A stretch of DNA of 63,908 bases, filler included, from Perkinsus chesapeaki ATCC PRA-425 (taxonomy: Eukaryota; Protista; Perkinsozoa): assembly GCA_013115145.1 (NCBI GenBank). It is 4 parts of 4 records of this genome, joined end to end, with 100 filler letters (N's around TTAATTAATTAA, not from the genome) between each part and the next. Parts side by side here need not be neighbours in the genome. Positions count along the whole stretch, not along the records: positions 1 to 26,989 come from JAAPAO010000500.1; 3 more parts are not named here. One strand, given 5' to 3'. The stretch's first letter is position 1, and each line of letters opens with the position of its first letter. Made by a program: the position numbers and the translations under genes. Positions 11,715-25,009 of the stretch are shown here, piece after piece. A model generated the notes under the pieces. It was given only the letters and a program-made list of their open reading frames with translations, had not been told where the DNA came from and ran no database searches.

Positions 11715-14700
11715 TTACTCAGTAATCTTGTTTTTATTTTTCACCAAGTCAACTATCTCTTGGCTACTTCTCTCTATCTCATGCTGTAACTCATCCCACT
11801 CACTCCTCCCCGACAGTCCGTTCTCTTGTAGCTTTACGTTAACCTTTCTCACGGCGCTCTTCACCAGCATCGACAGTCCTCCTGTGTTCCCAAGGCCCTT
11901 CTTGCATTCCTCAACCAGGACCCCCATGCAGTCTCGCAACTCCTTCAGTTCAAACTCCAACTCAGGCAAGTCCTTCGCATCGTGGATCTGCCTCGAAGGT
12001 CACACTCATTTCGTATTGGCTCACTCACCTTCGGCAATAAATGACGCAGTTGCAGTATTCGCTGTTTGTCAACTTCTGCATCGTTTTCGGCCAGTTGAGC
12101 CAGGCATCGGTGACACACCGCGCTCGTCCCGTGCAGCTTCGACAAGGTCTCAAATAGTTCTACAGCGGGCCGTCGCTTGCCGGTGCTAATTGACAGTCCA
12201 ACTAGGTCCTAATAACCAAGTTCCTTCGTGCTTGTATCACTGTTTCGCGCTAACCTTTAACAGAGCATCATCTTCCAGAATCGTATCGGCTTTCCCCAAG
12301 TCAACTGCTAGACCACGTGCTGCATACGCCATGCAAGTTGGATCTCGTTGCATTTGCCCGACCTAATACACATTTTGTTTTAATTCACGCTGCAAGTGTT
12401 CAACCAAGAAGATACACCGACCGCACCCAAGCCGACGATGCAGGCAACGGCCAAGAGATCCTCGCTATCGGCAAGATGTGGAACCATCACAGGCAAAACT
12501 CAACCCGTAACGGCGGTTATCTCGCCTTGGTATTGATGATCAGTTAAGCATATAAGTTTTGAAAATCCCCAAGCCGATGGCTTTCGGTAGGAAGGCAACA
12601 ATTTGGTCATCATATCAACAATAATTGGCACTAACAACCCCCACGTTACCGTGAGAAGGTTCTGCCACATTCTCCATGATTCTCGAGCGCGTTTAACAGC
12701 TTCATACGAGCATGTGTTGGCGAACTTCAAATATCGTTCGATGTCGCGGGTGCTCTGAGAAAACAGCACGCATGCACACCATAGCTAATCGATTTGCGGC
12801 GAGCGATATACCTTCGACACAAAAGTAGACAGATATCGATTAGAAGGGCGAGCGCTTTTTACTTCCGGTTCAGAATCCACATGGGCTGCCTTCTGCTGTG
12901 CCATCGTAATGTAAGCAGCAGCCAAATTTGCCCAGGACTGAGCATCGCTGTCATCCACGCCCAACGCCCGGGTGAAGGCTGTGGCGGCGTCCTCGTATTG
13001 GGACACTTGAAGATACATAGCCCCGAGGGAAAACCAGATACCTGAGGCGAAGAAGGATGAGATAACCAAGACCAGAAGCTGACAGTACAACCTTACCAGC
13101 CTTCAGCGGTGAAATCTCAAGACTGCGCTTGAAGCAATCGATCGCCTCGTAGCGGTCACCACTCTGCAAAGCGCATCGACCCAGAGACCGCATTGCTCTG
13201 GCGTAACGATGCCCAGACTGATGTAGAACCGTCTGTGGGCACATCAGCTCATCATGTCCCTACCTCGTCCCAGGCCTCCTGCCACCACTTTTTCTCGCCT
13301 GTAATATCGCCAAGCTGGCACAGTAAACGCGGTCTTGTGGCCCGAGGAGTATCCGCGGCTTCGAGACGCTCTCGAACTAGCTTCTCAGCCTGGTGCTTCC
13401 TGACAACGATGATGATGATGATGATCTGCACTCATAAAGATGACAAGGAGCTTACCTATCAGCAACGATAAGGCTATCTATGGCCTCGCACCACATATTA
13501 ATACTAACAAACATATCGTAGGCCGATAACACCATGCCCATCTCCATCATACGTTTACCAAACTCACGCTGAAGCATGGGTAAGGATGGGTAGTACCTGC
13601 AAGAAGAGTGGTGCCAAAGAAGACAAAACCAGTCTGCCCTCTGTGGAAGAGATGAACAGTTGAAAAGCATGCTCGAAAATAATTACTAACTTAACAACAT
13701 CCATTCCCAGAAGGTAATCCACGAAATAATGAAGATCATTGAGTGATGTTTACCAGGAAAGCCTCGTGTCCACGTACGGCGTTTCGGAAGCTACCATCGT
13801 TCCTACTACTTCAGAGCGGCGCTACACCCTCTACCACGAACCCCCTATCTTTAGCGGCCCAACGACAGGCATACTAGATGGACGCCGCTTTTGATATCAG
13901 ACCGATAATGAAAATTTAGTACACAATGATATGAATAATATTTAGTCCATTTGATAGTAGCATTACAGCTATATCCACAAGCCATCCTATCAACTTCAGT
14001 TTAATACCAAGCTCCGAAAGCAACAGATTCTCAATATGAGGAGCACGTTGGGAGAGAAATTTTATCGAAACCTGCAACTGGGTGACTTAGTGCCGGCGGC
14101 CACTGAGATACGAGCCTTCGGCTTTCTCTTTGCTGTGCTTAAAACCCCTATCAAAGTTCCCGCTCATCTCCCCGCAGACTTCCATCTACAGAATGCTGCC
14201 CGACACACATCAGTTCCGTGTACAGTTCATACCGTGATCTTCAATAACATCCCCCATTACTGGATACCCCCCAAGCCCAAGCCCCCATCCTCCTACACTG
14301 AATGAACGTAGCCTATCCTATCAGCCACCAAGTCAGCAGCTGTAGCATCCCCCGGCAACTTGTCCTTATACTGCTCGACCAACGCTTGGAGCTGGAAGGC
14401 CGCACGGTTACGAGTTTTCACTCTGCCGAACTCAGTACGACACCGAAGCCATAAGCCCGCCGAGTACACCAACCAGTGAGCCGAACACCCCGCATCTCGA
14501 GGGTCTGAAAAGATTCTTCCGAGGTTAACTCGCCTACCCGCCCACTACCACTAAGATTCTCCGGCAGCACCAATGCTCTATTAACCAAACAGCCTATCTG
14601 TTCCATAGTAATAACGTCGTCATCATCAGCTGCACTCGAGAGCAGTAACCTCAGAGCCTTAGTAAGCAATATCGCCTGCTCCACCGCGTGTAGCACCGTA

Positions 14701-15860
14701 GGTTTAAATTCATCTGAGGTATACTTCACCGACTCTAAGATATCCGTATCCGGGTCGAGCTCCGTCATCTGGACGTTCTGATGGGCAGCAGTCTCCTCCT
14801 TGCCTTCCCCCTCAGCTACAGGCTCGCCAGTCGCCGTGTCCAGCATTGGGGCCGGTAGCCTACTTTTCGTTACACAAGTCAGCTGGGCAAATGCCTGAGT
14901 TTGATACCGACGCTTGATGCCTTCCACGCCAGTTATCTCCCAGGAGAACCCCACGTGCTTGGCCGCGGCATCGATAATATTATCCGACACCTCAATAGGC
15001 AGCCCATAGTAGCTAGTATGAATCGCAAGCTCCAATACCAACACAGCCCGCACTGTCTCGGGCACAGCTTCCGAGGGTATCATCCTACCGCTCCTTCTAC
15101 AACTTTCCTCCACATCACCCCTCAGAGCTACCGGAGCTTCCGACGGTGCATTCATCTCCACCTCTTTCAACATATCCTGTGTAATGTACCCCCCATCTTC
15201 AAGCGCAGCAGCATAGTCCCCAATGCAGGCCTTCATGCACGTAACGCTCTGGCCGTCCCCTCGTGCCGTGGCCTCAGCCAGCATACGCTGCCACACAAAC
15301 GCCGTCCTGGCTCGCCAAATCGGCACGGTCTCCAGACTTGAATTTTTCAGCATGTTCCCAGAAAGAACATTAACGCTGGTAAGCAGGAGCTGCGGTCCTC
15401 GGGTGACGTCATAAAGGGGCTCGCCGTCTACCTCAAGACGCTCCATTATATATGAATTTCGTGGCGATTCCAGCGCTCGCTGATTGGGGTGCATTGGTAC
15501 GTTTTGAGCAGTAACTTCAGGGCCGGTCCAGTTGGCCTGCATGAAGCACTGTAAGCAGGCAACCGCGGCAACTAACACTGAGAGCTCCGCCTCTGGGCCA
15601 CTGGATGCAGCGGAACGCAAAGAGCCTTCTAAAGCGTCGACGTCATCCCAATTGTGAAGGAGCTCTGCAATGACAGGCTCATTGAAAGCTTCCTCCCATT
15701 TAGCCCCTACCACAGCGATAGCGGCCCTCCTGGCGCCCTCGTAGACCGGGGAGCCGGACAGCTCAGTGGGGGGAGACGGTGGGGCAGTGTAACGACTGTG
15801 GGGGTATATAAGGAAGGCCTCTACAGACCGTATGGCCTGAGAGAGGTCTGACGATGACAT
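11715..15860 (-). CDS. TTC27: TPR protein TTC27/Emw1-like (multi-exon)
   Basis: LQCFMQANWTGP N-terminal motif, EGIKRRYQT motif, and TPR exons (ARAMRSLG...AIDCFKRSLEISP; WFSLGAMYLQ...AATAFTRAL...SWANLAAAY). Inclusion of the last exon (11715-11969) is inferred. Confidence 0.75.
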
Positions 15861-16200
15861 AGTAAACGGAAAACGTCTAAGAGCACGTAGCAGTCGCCTC
15901 TGACACTCCGATAACGGAATGCAATCTCGCGTTAAAAGTATGGGAAAAACTCTGATGGATAAGGGAGAGTGTGTCAAGTAACCTTATAGGAATCTTTCCT
16001 GCTTTAAGCTTACAGCTTCAGAACTGCTTGGATTTGCTTCTCAAGAAGACCCTTCCCATCGTCGATGGGCCATCGGCAACGCAACAGGAGTTTCGATTCG
16101 ATGCCAAAATTAGCAGAATTGTGACCTTCTCACGCGCGCGCCCTAAAACGCGCAAGTCTCGTGCGTACATTACCTTCCTCTATACAGCGTTGCCTTTCTG

Positions 16201-19200
16201 ATGGCTGGCTCCACGGTGGCCTATCGTGAGGAGACAGTAAGGTACTGTCCTTCACATTTTGAGGCACATTCTGGTATGCCGTCACGATTTTGCACTGTGC
16301 TGCTGACGGCACCCGATGGCGGCGAGCCAATACCAGGAATTTTGCGACGAATCCCCAAAGTGGAGGAAGTAAGGAGTACCGTCGTAACATGAAATTGAGA
16401 TATCCTTATTCAGCGTCTCCATCGTATGCGGACCTGGCCGTCGACGCCTAGTGCTAGGTGCTCAACCAAGAAGCAAGACCCCAAGTAAGACAGTCGATTG
16501 GTTTTTCTCGTGTAGGGTTTTGACAGGTCTTTGCCAGTAGCTCCCAGCTCTACAAGTTTACCATCAACAACTGCCTCACATAGTGATCTTAGAGAGCTAC
16601 AACTTGCTGTCGATGACTGGCGGGTTACCGATTACGCTGCCACATGGTGGTGAATGACAGCGATGGTCCCCCCAGTAGGAAGCATGTCACATTTTTTCAT
16701 GATCCCCAGAGTCTATTAATCTCTATTGTGAAGTGTTCTAACCCTTGGTGCCTTCACGATACTTCTTTGACGCGTAAGCGTTATGCTTATATTAAAAGTA
16801 GCTGAAGAGGCTCCCTCAATGGTTGAGCCATTCGAGTGGGTTGCTGCCTCCACCAGAAAAGCCTAGTCCGGTGAGGCGTTATACATCATCATTCAGATTT
16901 CTGTTATTGCCTTTCGGCTGTTAGGGAATTAGCAAACCCATAAGTATCATTCGAAAGTTGATCTTCAAGCATTATGGGTTTCCCGTTTACCTCCCCCCTC
17001 TGTGGTGTAGTAAATTACCCTCAGTGAGCGGAGGCGGCAGCGCATACAATCTGCCACCCCTCTTCTTCACATTAAACCCCCCATTACATCTTACCGCACG
17101 TGCTCCTTACCGCGGTAGAGCCTTCAACAATAAAGGTTGTATTTTCAGGTTCAATCGGTTAAGTAGCACGTACTGTTGCTGCCTTCGTGATCCTCCGTCT
17201 TGAAGTAGTCTACATAGTTTGTAACTGTTATTATTATACTTATCATCATTATTATCGTTTAAAGTCATTGTCGTTAACAAGAACAAGAACACTTACACAG
17301 TCATTATTACCTATTGGTCTGTCGAAACACTCATCGGGTGTTTCGAGAACAAGTATAATTCGTTAGTAGACAAGTCTGTTGAGGGCTCATCGAACGATCT
17401 CGTCATGCTTTCTATCATTTGGCCGTTCAATCCGTGACCAAGTTTTCCCGCGCTGCTCGATCAGCCATTTTTGGTCACATTTTGCCTGTGGCGTCGGCCG
17501 GTTTCTGTGTAGTCCATGATGTCACTTACGGTCCCTATCAACACTGTTGAATACGCTGGTTAAGAAGAAGAGCCTCATCAATTGTGCATGTATTGAAAGT
17601 TATGAGCCTTAGATCACAACCAACTGTCGAAGCTTTTATTCCCGTAAAGGGAGTAGCTCTAATCACTCTGTTTTGTTCACTAATCATCCATTATATCAGC
17701 AACTTAGACTTAGTGTATTTAGTTATGATACATTACAATCTCTCGGCTCTGGACGTAGTGTGCAAGGAGGCCCTCGAGGCTATTCTACGGCCTAAGTACG
17801 CTCAACCCTAGAGCAGCCACTATGCCCACTTTTGCTTTTAGATATTTCCGTCTCATCCAGCCATGGCTTGCTATATCGATGGACGGTGATAAGGAAGTCC
17901 TGGTAGGTCCAAGCCCAGTACTCTCAGTCCCTTCATGGACCAACCGTAGGCTCAGCTCAGCGAGGTCTTGGTCGACCCCACTGTGGCGTTGGGCCCGAGA
18001 AGTCTTCCGAATGCCTATAACCTCTCGAAGAGTTTAGCGCATCAGGTTCAGGGGTCCCTCGATGTAACGTCTGTCCCCTAAAGTTGGTAGTCTTCTAGTC
18101 TCTTTTCAGGCCGAGCAGCTGAGAGAAGGCAAGCCCTCTGGCCCAAGGTGTAAATGTGTTTCGTCTAAAGCAGTTACACGAGACATATACAAGAGTAAGG
18201 CGACCATCGACCATGTTATCACGTTACCTATTCAGATGCTGACGACATCTATCGAGCCTTTGCTTTGGAGAATAGACCTCTCCGTTCCTTACCTTTCGCC
18301 CATATACTCACTCCGACCGCACTTAACAAAATCGAAGAGTGGCAGGTGATCAGAGAACTTCGAAGATCCAACCTTGCTTCTATTGCGTCGTTCAGGTGTC
18401 ATCTCAAGGCTCGACGGCTTGGCCCAATAAGGCGGCGCTGGAACGAGTGCTTCGGAACATTTGGATGTTCGACGCCAGCATGCCGACTTACACTGGTCTC
18501 CTTCGAGTAGGCCTGGCACATCAGACTATCCATTGTAACTGCTAGCTAGGACGAACCATCCCTTCAAAGACCCGCCTCGGCCTCTCGTCGATTGAACGAG
18601 TTTTCAAGAGTTAAAAGAAGTCTACAAGTGCGCCTTGAATCAATAGCTTTCGGCAACACCGGAACTGCATCGTTTTAGTCGTGTATTGTAATTGAGGCTG
18701 ATCGTCATCGCTACGCCCTTCTACGTAAGGCAAGATCAATGGCGGACTTCAATTCAAAGCCGGAGACAGAGTAAGTCATTCACTAGGATCCTCGACATCT
18801 TCACCTTCCAGCCCATACAGCACAGAACAGTTCCAGCGAGCAGTGATATCGGTTGCGCCACATGTTAAGAGCGGCTCAGCAGTCTTACCAACAGTACTGT
18901 TATGATCTGATGGATGAGCCATAACACAATAGCTGTCTCCCTCTCAGGGGGGCACCATCGCCCTTACGACCACTTATTCATCGAGCTACCTGCCTCGAGT
19001 GAGATCGAAGTGGCACAAAGACACCCTTGTGTATCAGAGACGGCGGTGAAGATGAGCCCTTCATGCATGTTTTAAGTCATATACAAATGTTGCTGTTATC
19101 GTAGAGTGCCTTTTGTTGTGCCAAGTTATGCTGAATTGAAAGAACAGCATCGGATAAGATATCGAAGATCCGCCGACAGCATTCGCCGGTAGGGTGTTCG

Positions 19201-19500
19201 CTGAAAACACATCATGATTTGGCCCCTCGTTGTAATGAAGGGAGTTACACGGCTTCCCTCGCAATCGAACAGACATCTACAGTGCGCCGAAGTCAAATCG
19301 CAATACGAGATAATACTGTGCAGTGCGAGCCTTGTATAACTCGTTCACAAGATCTTATCATCACGTTCATCACAGTTATCCACACACGATTCATCTTGAT
19401 GGGGTACTATAGACCGTGATGGCAGCTTCTGGACGCTGTAGTGAAAATAAGAATCGATATTGTTTGGTGCCCAGTGGTGGTCCTGAGTGTTCTTGAGTGT
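16201..19500 (+). CDS. Probable multi-exon hypothetical gene(s), plus strand; structure unresolved
   Basis: Short exon-like segments with GT..AG flanks from ATG 16201 onward. No recognisable domain. Confidence 0.25.
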
Positions 19501-19714
19501 TCTTGACACAGTAAGGTGATCAATTAAAATCTTGTGGCAAAGGAAGATGTGCTCATACTCAGGTGAAGTAGAGATTCGACCCGACGGAAGCGACCTGCGC
19601 TTGAAACATTCCACGACAACTCTGGGGCAGATCATTTCCCCTAGGCTTTATTCTCATTACTGCAAGCTCGCTTGTTGTGTGGAGTCCTTCTTGTACCAAA
19701 GCTCACAGAGCCAC

Positions 19715-20791
19715 ATGTCGGCGCACGAAGACTCTTCTGGAATCGAAGACAACGGCAATGGAATTCTATCACACGAACCTGGTCTCGATGGTTGGCTATT
19801 CAAAGAGTTGCGTAGCTCCGACCAAGCAAGGTTTTTCACAGTCGGTGTCAATCATTGTGCCTTGAACGCATGGCTGTCACAAAACTCACCGTGCTGTGCT
19901 GCTGCAGTGATAGCCCAAGCCATGAATTGCTGTTATCCGGGCCGCTCACCATGGAGAGTTGAGGACGGGATTGATGCATTAATTTGTCTGGTGGAAAGTA
20001 AAATATCAACTTTGGTTGACACTTTAGTCTCTCTGGGAGCAACGTGTGATGTAAAGGCTCTTCTGGAGAGCAGACTTGACGAGGAGGCTCCCGGGTGGAA
20101 AAAGTCAAAGAAGGTCAAAAAGAGTGCAATCAACAAGGTTGTTAACAAGTTGGCAGAAGAAATCGAGGAGAATTCTCGGAAAGGAATATCTGCCGATGAT
20201 GACTCTGCAGATGATGCGGGGGGCGTCCAATGCGATGAGCTACCCTCATCAGTTGCATTCGACATTCCATTCGGACCTTCTTCTGAGAGAGAACCGGTGG
20301 CTAGAGCACTACAAGGCTTAGCAATGAAGATGGATTGTCTACAACGTTTGCAGAGAGCGAGGCCGTCCACAGCCGGAATAGGCAACTGGGCTATTGAAGA
20401 CGTTTTGAGGCACCACAGACTCGACGTTAGAACAGTCCTAGGAAGAGCTGTGCTCGGCGAACGAAAACCTCTCATCAGTACGACTGACAAGAGGGCATGG
20501 GATAAATTCAAGGGCGAGTTTACTAAGCACGATTGTATGATTATACACGTTAATAACCACTATGCCATGGTCTTCGCCTACCGGGAGAGGGACAACCTCA
20601 AAGAGGTCCTTACTGCGAAAAAGGGACAAAAGCCAAAGTATTGGGTAGATTGGACACACGTTATAGCTGCTTTGAATAAATGGCAAGGTTATGGGGTTAG
20701 TGGAATCAACAAAATGGACACTGCGGAAGGTCAGCATCTAGAATCGAAGCAAGGTGGTACCTTCGAAGACTCGAACTTTAACCAAACATGA
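19715..20791 (+). CDS. BIVM-like / C39-like papain-fold protein (intronless)
   Basis: Open frame 19532-20791, likely ATG at 19715. Motifs W-LSQNSPCCAAAVIAQAMNCCY, STAGIGNW, IIHVNNHYAMVFAY and LTAKKGQKPKYWVDW resemble BIVM motifs as I recall them. Confidence 0.6.
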   Translation: MSAHEDSSGIEDNGNGILSHEPGLDGWLFKELRSSDQARFFTVGVNHCALNAWLSQNSPCCAAAVIAQAMNCCYPGRSPWRVEDGIDALICLVESKISTLVDTLVSLGATCDVKALLESRLDEEAPGWKKSKKVKKSAINKVVNKLAEEIEENSRKGISADDDSADDAGGVQCDELPSSVAFDIPFGPSSEREPVARALQGLAMKMDCLQRLQRARPSTAGIGNWAIEDVLRHHRLDVRTVLGRAVLGERKPLISTTDKRAWDKFKGEFTKHDCMIIHVNNHYAMVFAYRERDNLKEVLTAKKGQKPKYWVDWTHVIAALNKWQGYGVSGINKMDTAEGQHLESKQGGTFEDSNFNQT

Positions 20792-21310
20792 ATGAATGTT
20801 GGAATCGCATTTGTGTAGAATATTCCACATCACTCTTGAGTTTATTCAATATTATTTGCATCAGCAATGCTTGTCCGTTAGTGAGATACAATATGCTTAT
20901 CCGATAAGTCCGTCTCTATCAAGCATGAAACCTACTCCCATGGTTGGTGAAATATAGAGCCTACATGGGATACACAGCGTACACATACATACACCTACAC
21001 ATACATAGCATACATAACAAATCTAGGACCCTCATTGAGGACCCTTACACTGCTGATGAATCCTTAACAAGTCAAATTATATGCGTAGGGTCGGCACTGT
21101 TATGTGACACTTCAATTCGCTGTGAAACTGGTGTCACATATGGTGTGACATGTTTATGTATATTTCCGCATAACTTTTGAGTTGTTCCAGAGACATGCTG
21201 CCGGCATCCTGGGCATCCTACAGGGGATGGGGTTATTGCTGTTCATTTGTGGAGAGCCTCTTTCGGGTTGCTCGGCTAGGTAACAATACGTGCATTATGC
21301 GCTCGTGCGT

Positions 21311-21560
21311 TGGGGTATATTGATGAAGTAGATGATACTAAACCACTGTCTCCCGGGGTGGTATATTGATGAAGTAGATGATACTAAACCACTGTCTCCC
21401 GGGGTGGTATATTGATGAAGTAGATGATACTANNNNNNNNNNNNNNNNNNNNNNNNNNNNNNNNNNNNNNNNNNNNNNNNNNNNNNNNNNNNNNNNNNNN
21501 NNNNNNNNNNNNNNNNNNNNNNNNNNNNATACTAAACCACTGTCTCCCGGGGTGGTATAT
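21311..21560. repeat. 46-bp tandem repeat spanning an N gap
   Basis: ggggtggtatattgatgaagtagatgatactaaaccactgtctccc recurs at 46-nt period (21321, 21367, 21413) and resumes after the gap. There are no spacers. Confidence 0.85.
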
Positions 21561-21653
21561 TGCAGCGGATACTAAACGAGAATCTTAACGTAAGTTTCGT
21601 TCGTCCGTCGAAATTGAAGTTACTTTTGTGGAAATAGGCGTTGAAAAAGTGTA

Positions 21654-21675
21654 GTGGTACGGTACCACTGGTACC
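21654..21675. other. Exact 22-bp excision-type scar, X=GTGGTACC
   Basis: gtggtac+ggtaccac+tggtacc = X(1-7)+rc(X)+X(2-8). Confidence 0.75.
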
Positions 21676-22047
21676 TACGAGACAATGAATGCTCGACTCC
21701 CTCAAGTATTGCGATATCGGAGCTGCTGCTTCCATCTACTCGCTAGCTCCTCAAACCGGTTACGGGCCTTTCTACCCCGCTGGCGATCACTTCCACAGTG
21801 TCGAATTTCATCTTAGCAATTTGTCAACGACGAAACTGCTTTATGGAACGTAATTTTACTTCTCGCCGTTATATATTCCACAGCATGCTCTACAGTTTTT
21901 TCTTACTCATACAAACTCAAGACAGATCATATGCTGAGGAATACTTCTCTGCAATCCACCCGCGGGGAACTGCAACAAACTACATGTATAAGTACTGACT
22001 GCTTTCCACCAAGAATTTCATGCTGCACTCACCGAACTAAATGATGC

Positions 22048-23157
22048 CTACTTGAGCACTGCAATGCCAACTCTTTTCTTATCCGGTTGGAACTCTAGGT
22101 AATTGCCTATTAACACGAAGTCTGGTAGCTGCCATTGTTGTGCGTTAGACGCTAGGATTTGCAAATAACAGAAATCTGCAGAGACGGGAACGTAGCTCTC
22201 AGAACTGATGCTAAGGGGGACACCTCCAGTCGGAGTAGCCAGCATGAAGTGTAGAGTCGGCATGTATTTCCTATATTTGCACTTAACTTCCCATACGCCA
22301 TAGTCGGCTTCATATTCAATCCTGACTTCCTTTTTAGCTGAACTGCTTGCTGCTTGTTCAATGCTCCCGAGTAGCTCATTTAGCTTCGCTGGCGGAACGT
22401 ATATGTAATTACATCCAGTATCAAGGAGCACTGTATCAGCAACAGCCACTTTAAGTGTTTCTCCTAGCTCAACCGCACTCAGTTCGACGCGCCAGGAGTC
22501 ATCCCTCACTGTCGGAACGAATGACAAGGGTCCTCTATAGAGGGATCGATCCCCACCACCAAGTATTAGCTCTCCCTTATATTCTGTAGCCCGAGGGCGC
22601 TTTGCTCTCAGGTATAAGCCAAAAACGTTTCCGTTTATTGGTGTCGGAAAGAGGCTCATTAGTTGCTTTAAAAACGAGGGATATTTGTCGTCAATACTCG
22701 GACCCATGCCAAGCAGTGAATAAGGGCTGTTATAGTAAGGACTGAAGTCGCCAATCAATCCGAAGGTGATGTCATGAAGGCTCACATTTCCAAAGTTTAC
22801 GCTCCCCGAGTGCTCAAATATTCTATACAACGTAGCTCCGCCAAAGTCGACAAGATTATACTCTGTGGGGTGGCAGGGCCAAAGGCATTCATAACACTTG
22901 AAAAACAGCTTATCGCAAGCACCTCTTCCGGCAACTTTCTCATACTGAGTTTTCCACACCCAAAGCAGGTAGGAAGAGCCCGTGTCCACAAGAGCTTTCA
23001 TCTCTTGCCCGTCTGCTATCATGGCTGTATAAAGTCCGAACCCTCGAGGGGTCTTATCGGTGATGAAGCTTCGGGTAAGAGACTGTCTCAGAACGCTACC
23101 GGCATTGCACTCGATCAAGATATAGACCAAACGAGCCAAAGAGGTGTAAAGGTTCAT
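22048..23157 (-). CDS. Pepsin-like A1 aspartic protease, copy 1 (intronless, secreted)
   Basis: Signal peptide; VDTGSS and LDTGCN catalytic motifs; GELILGG; C-terminal FQPDKKRVGIA. Confidence 0.9.
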   Translation of the reverse strand: MNLYTSLARLVYILIECNAGSVLRQSLTRSFITDKTPRGFGLYTAMIADGQEMKALVDTGSSYLLWVWKTQYEKVAGRGACDKLFFKCYECLWPCHPTEYNLVDFGGATLYRIFEHSGSVNFGNVSLHDITFGLIGDFSPYYNSPYSLLGMGPSIDDKYPSFLKQLMSLFPTPINGNVFGLYLRAKRPRATEYKGELILGGGDRSLYRGPLSFVPTVRDDSWRVELSAVELGETLKVAVADTVLLDTGCNYIYVPPAKLNELLGSIEQAASSSAKKEVRIEYEADYGVWEVKCKYRKYMPTLHFMLATPTGGVPLSISSESYVPVSADFCYLQILASNAQQWQLPDFVLIGNYLEFQPDKKRVGIAVLK

Positions 23158-23939
23158 ATTAATAAAAAATAACTAAAGGCTTTGATGTTCTCGAGCTTGT
23201 AAGGGATATGTTGAATCGAACATGCGGTATGTAGGCTAACAAGTTTCTAGTAACAACAGTTACAAAACCGTCGAACAGAGTAAAACCCTAACTGCTAATA
23301 CATGCCAGTCTCATCAGTCTGGTCTCGTGCTTTCATCACACGCCACATTTGGGTGCTTACCAAATCACATGTGTCATGGGAGAGATTAGGATCTCAGAAG
23401 GCTGTGGTAAGTCACCACTGGTGACACAGTTTCGCTGGCGTCACGGAGCCCGGTGTCTCAAGTCGCGTCCCGGGGACAACTCGATTGTAAAACTTAGCTC
23501 GATGTCTGATAGTATGGGATTCAATTCGTTACCAATTCCACTACTGGGCGGAAGAAACTTTGACAGTAAAAGAGGCGATACCAACGTTATAAGATCTGAT
23601 ATGTCCTAAGACCACGAATCCTACCGCAGGATCCTGGAATCCCGATTCGGCCAATGGGAACCAACCGTCAGCCAAGAAGAATCATCATGGTGAGCGAACT
23701 TAAGGGAAACTCAGGGGAACAAGCGCGATCATCGGTGTTGGATTGTGCTGGCCAGGTCATATCTTTTCTCGGCTTCCCTGGGTGGGCGATGTGAGCAGTA
23801 GTGATGGTTTTTCGGATGACGGCTCCACGAGGATACACCCGGTCTCGACGATGGAGCCTTGGCCTGGGCCTGCAAGCTCACACACAGTCTGGAGCGAGTG
23901 ATAGTCGCGCTCTTATAAACTATGAGTTGGCTATACGGG

Positions 23940-24443
23940 GAAAGCGTTGACCAGAGCATTACAAGGCTTAGCAATGAAGATGGATTGTCTACAACGTTTA
24001 CAGGGAGCGACGCCGCGGCGTCCACAGCCGGAATAGGCAACTGGGCTATTGAAGACGTGTTGAGGCAACATAGACTCGACGTTAGAACAGTCGTAGGAAG
24101 AGCTGTGCTCGGCGAACGGAGATCTCGCATTAGTACGACTGACAAGAGAGCACAGGAGATGGCCAAGCGCGAGTTTACTAAGCAGGATTGTATGATTATA
24201 CACTTTAATAACCACTATGCCATGGTCTTCGCCTACCGGGAGAGGGACAACCTCAAAGAGGTCCTTACTGCGAAAAAGGGACAAAAGCCCAAGAATTGGG
24301 TAGATTTGACACACGTTATAGCTGCTTTGAATAAATGGCAAGGTTATCGGGTTGGTGGAATCAACAAGATGAGCACTGCGGAAGTTCAGCAGTCAGAATC
24401 GATGCGTGATGAGAGCGAAGACCCGGATTTTAACCAATCGTGA
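23940..24443 (+). pseudogene. 5'-truncated, frameshifted duplicate of the BIVM-like gene 3' half
   Basis: High similarity to 20300-20790. A 5-nt net insertion (gcgacgccgcggcgtcc versus gcgaggccgtcc) shifts the frame near 24010, and the upstream two-thirds is missing. Confidence 0.8.
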
Positions 24444-25009
24444 TTAGGCGTTGGAAAACATCGTATGACACACTTCACACCGCCTTTGAGTTCACTCAAT
24501 ACTCAAGCTGGACGAGCTGAGCTTTGTTCAGTGGTATTTTATGCTCAATCTTTGGCTCTATCTTAGCATCATACTGGGTGGGGATTTTGGCGATCATTTG
24601 TGGCAGACGCCCCAGGTTTGCAATGCACATCTGGGGACCCCATCCCGAGCGAGTGTGATAGTAGCTCAATAAGCAGCATACTGGCAGAGCTCGTGCAGTT
24701 CCCAATAAAGCCGCCATGGTTGATTCGCGGCTCCGCCAGTATCTCGCCAGCGTTGTCAAGTATCAGTATGATCGAGTACGTAAGGTGATGAGCATTGCTC
24801 AAGATGTCCTGGTCAGTTCGACGCGTAGTGGAGCAACAACTCATTATGGTGGTATGTATTTACTAACTCAAGATATAGGAAGATAAGCCTTGTGTTAGGT
24901 ACTAAATGTAGTCAAGGAAAGTTAAGACTAAATTTGTTTCATAGCGGATGATGTCAAGCTTGGGAAGCCTGTCCTGACAACTGGGCATTCTGGCCAAGTG
25001 ATTTGACGG

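Noticed and set aside
21311-21560. 46-bp repeats as a CRISPR array (also the 32-bp array at 42782)
   Set aside because: Head-to-tail repeats without unique spacers, no cas genes, eukaryotic context. They flank gaps and copy number may be an assembly effect.
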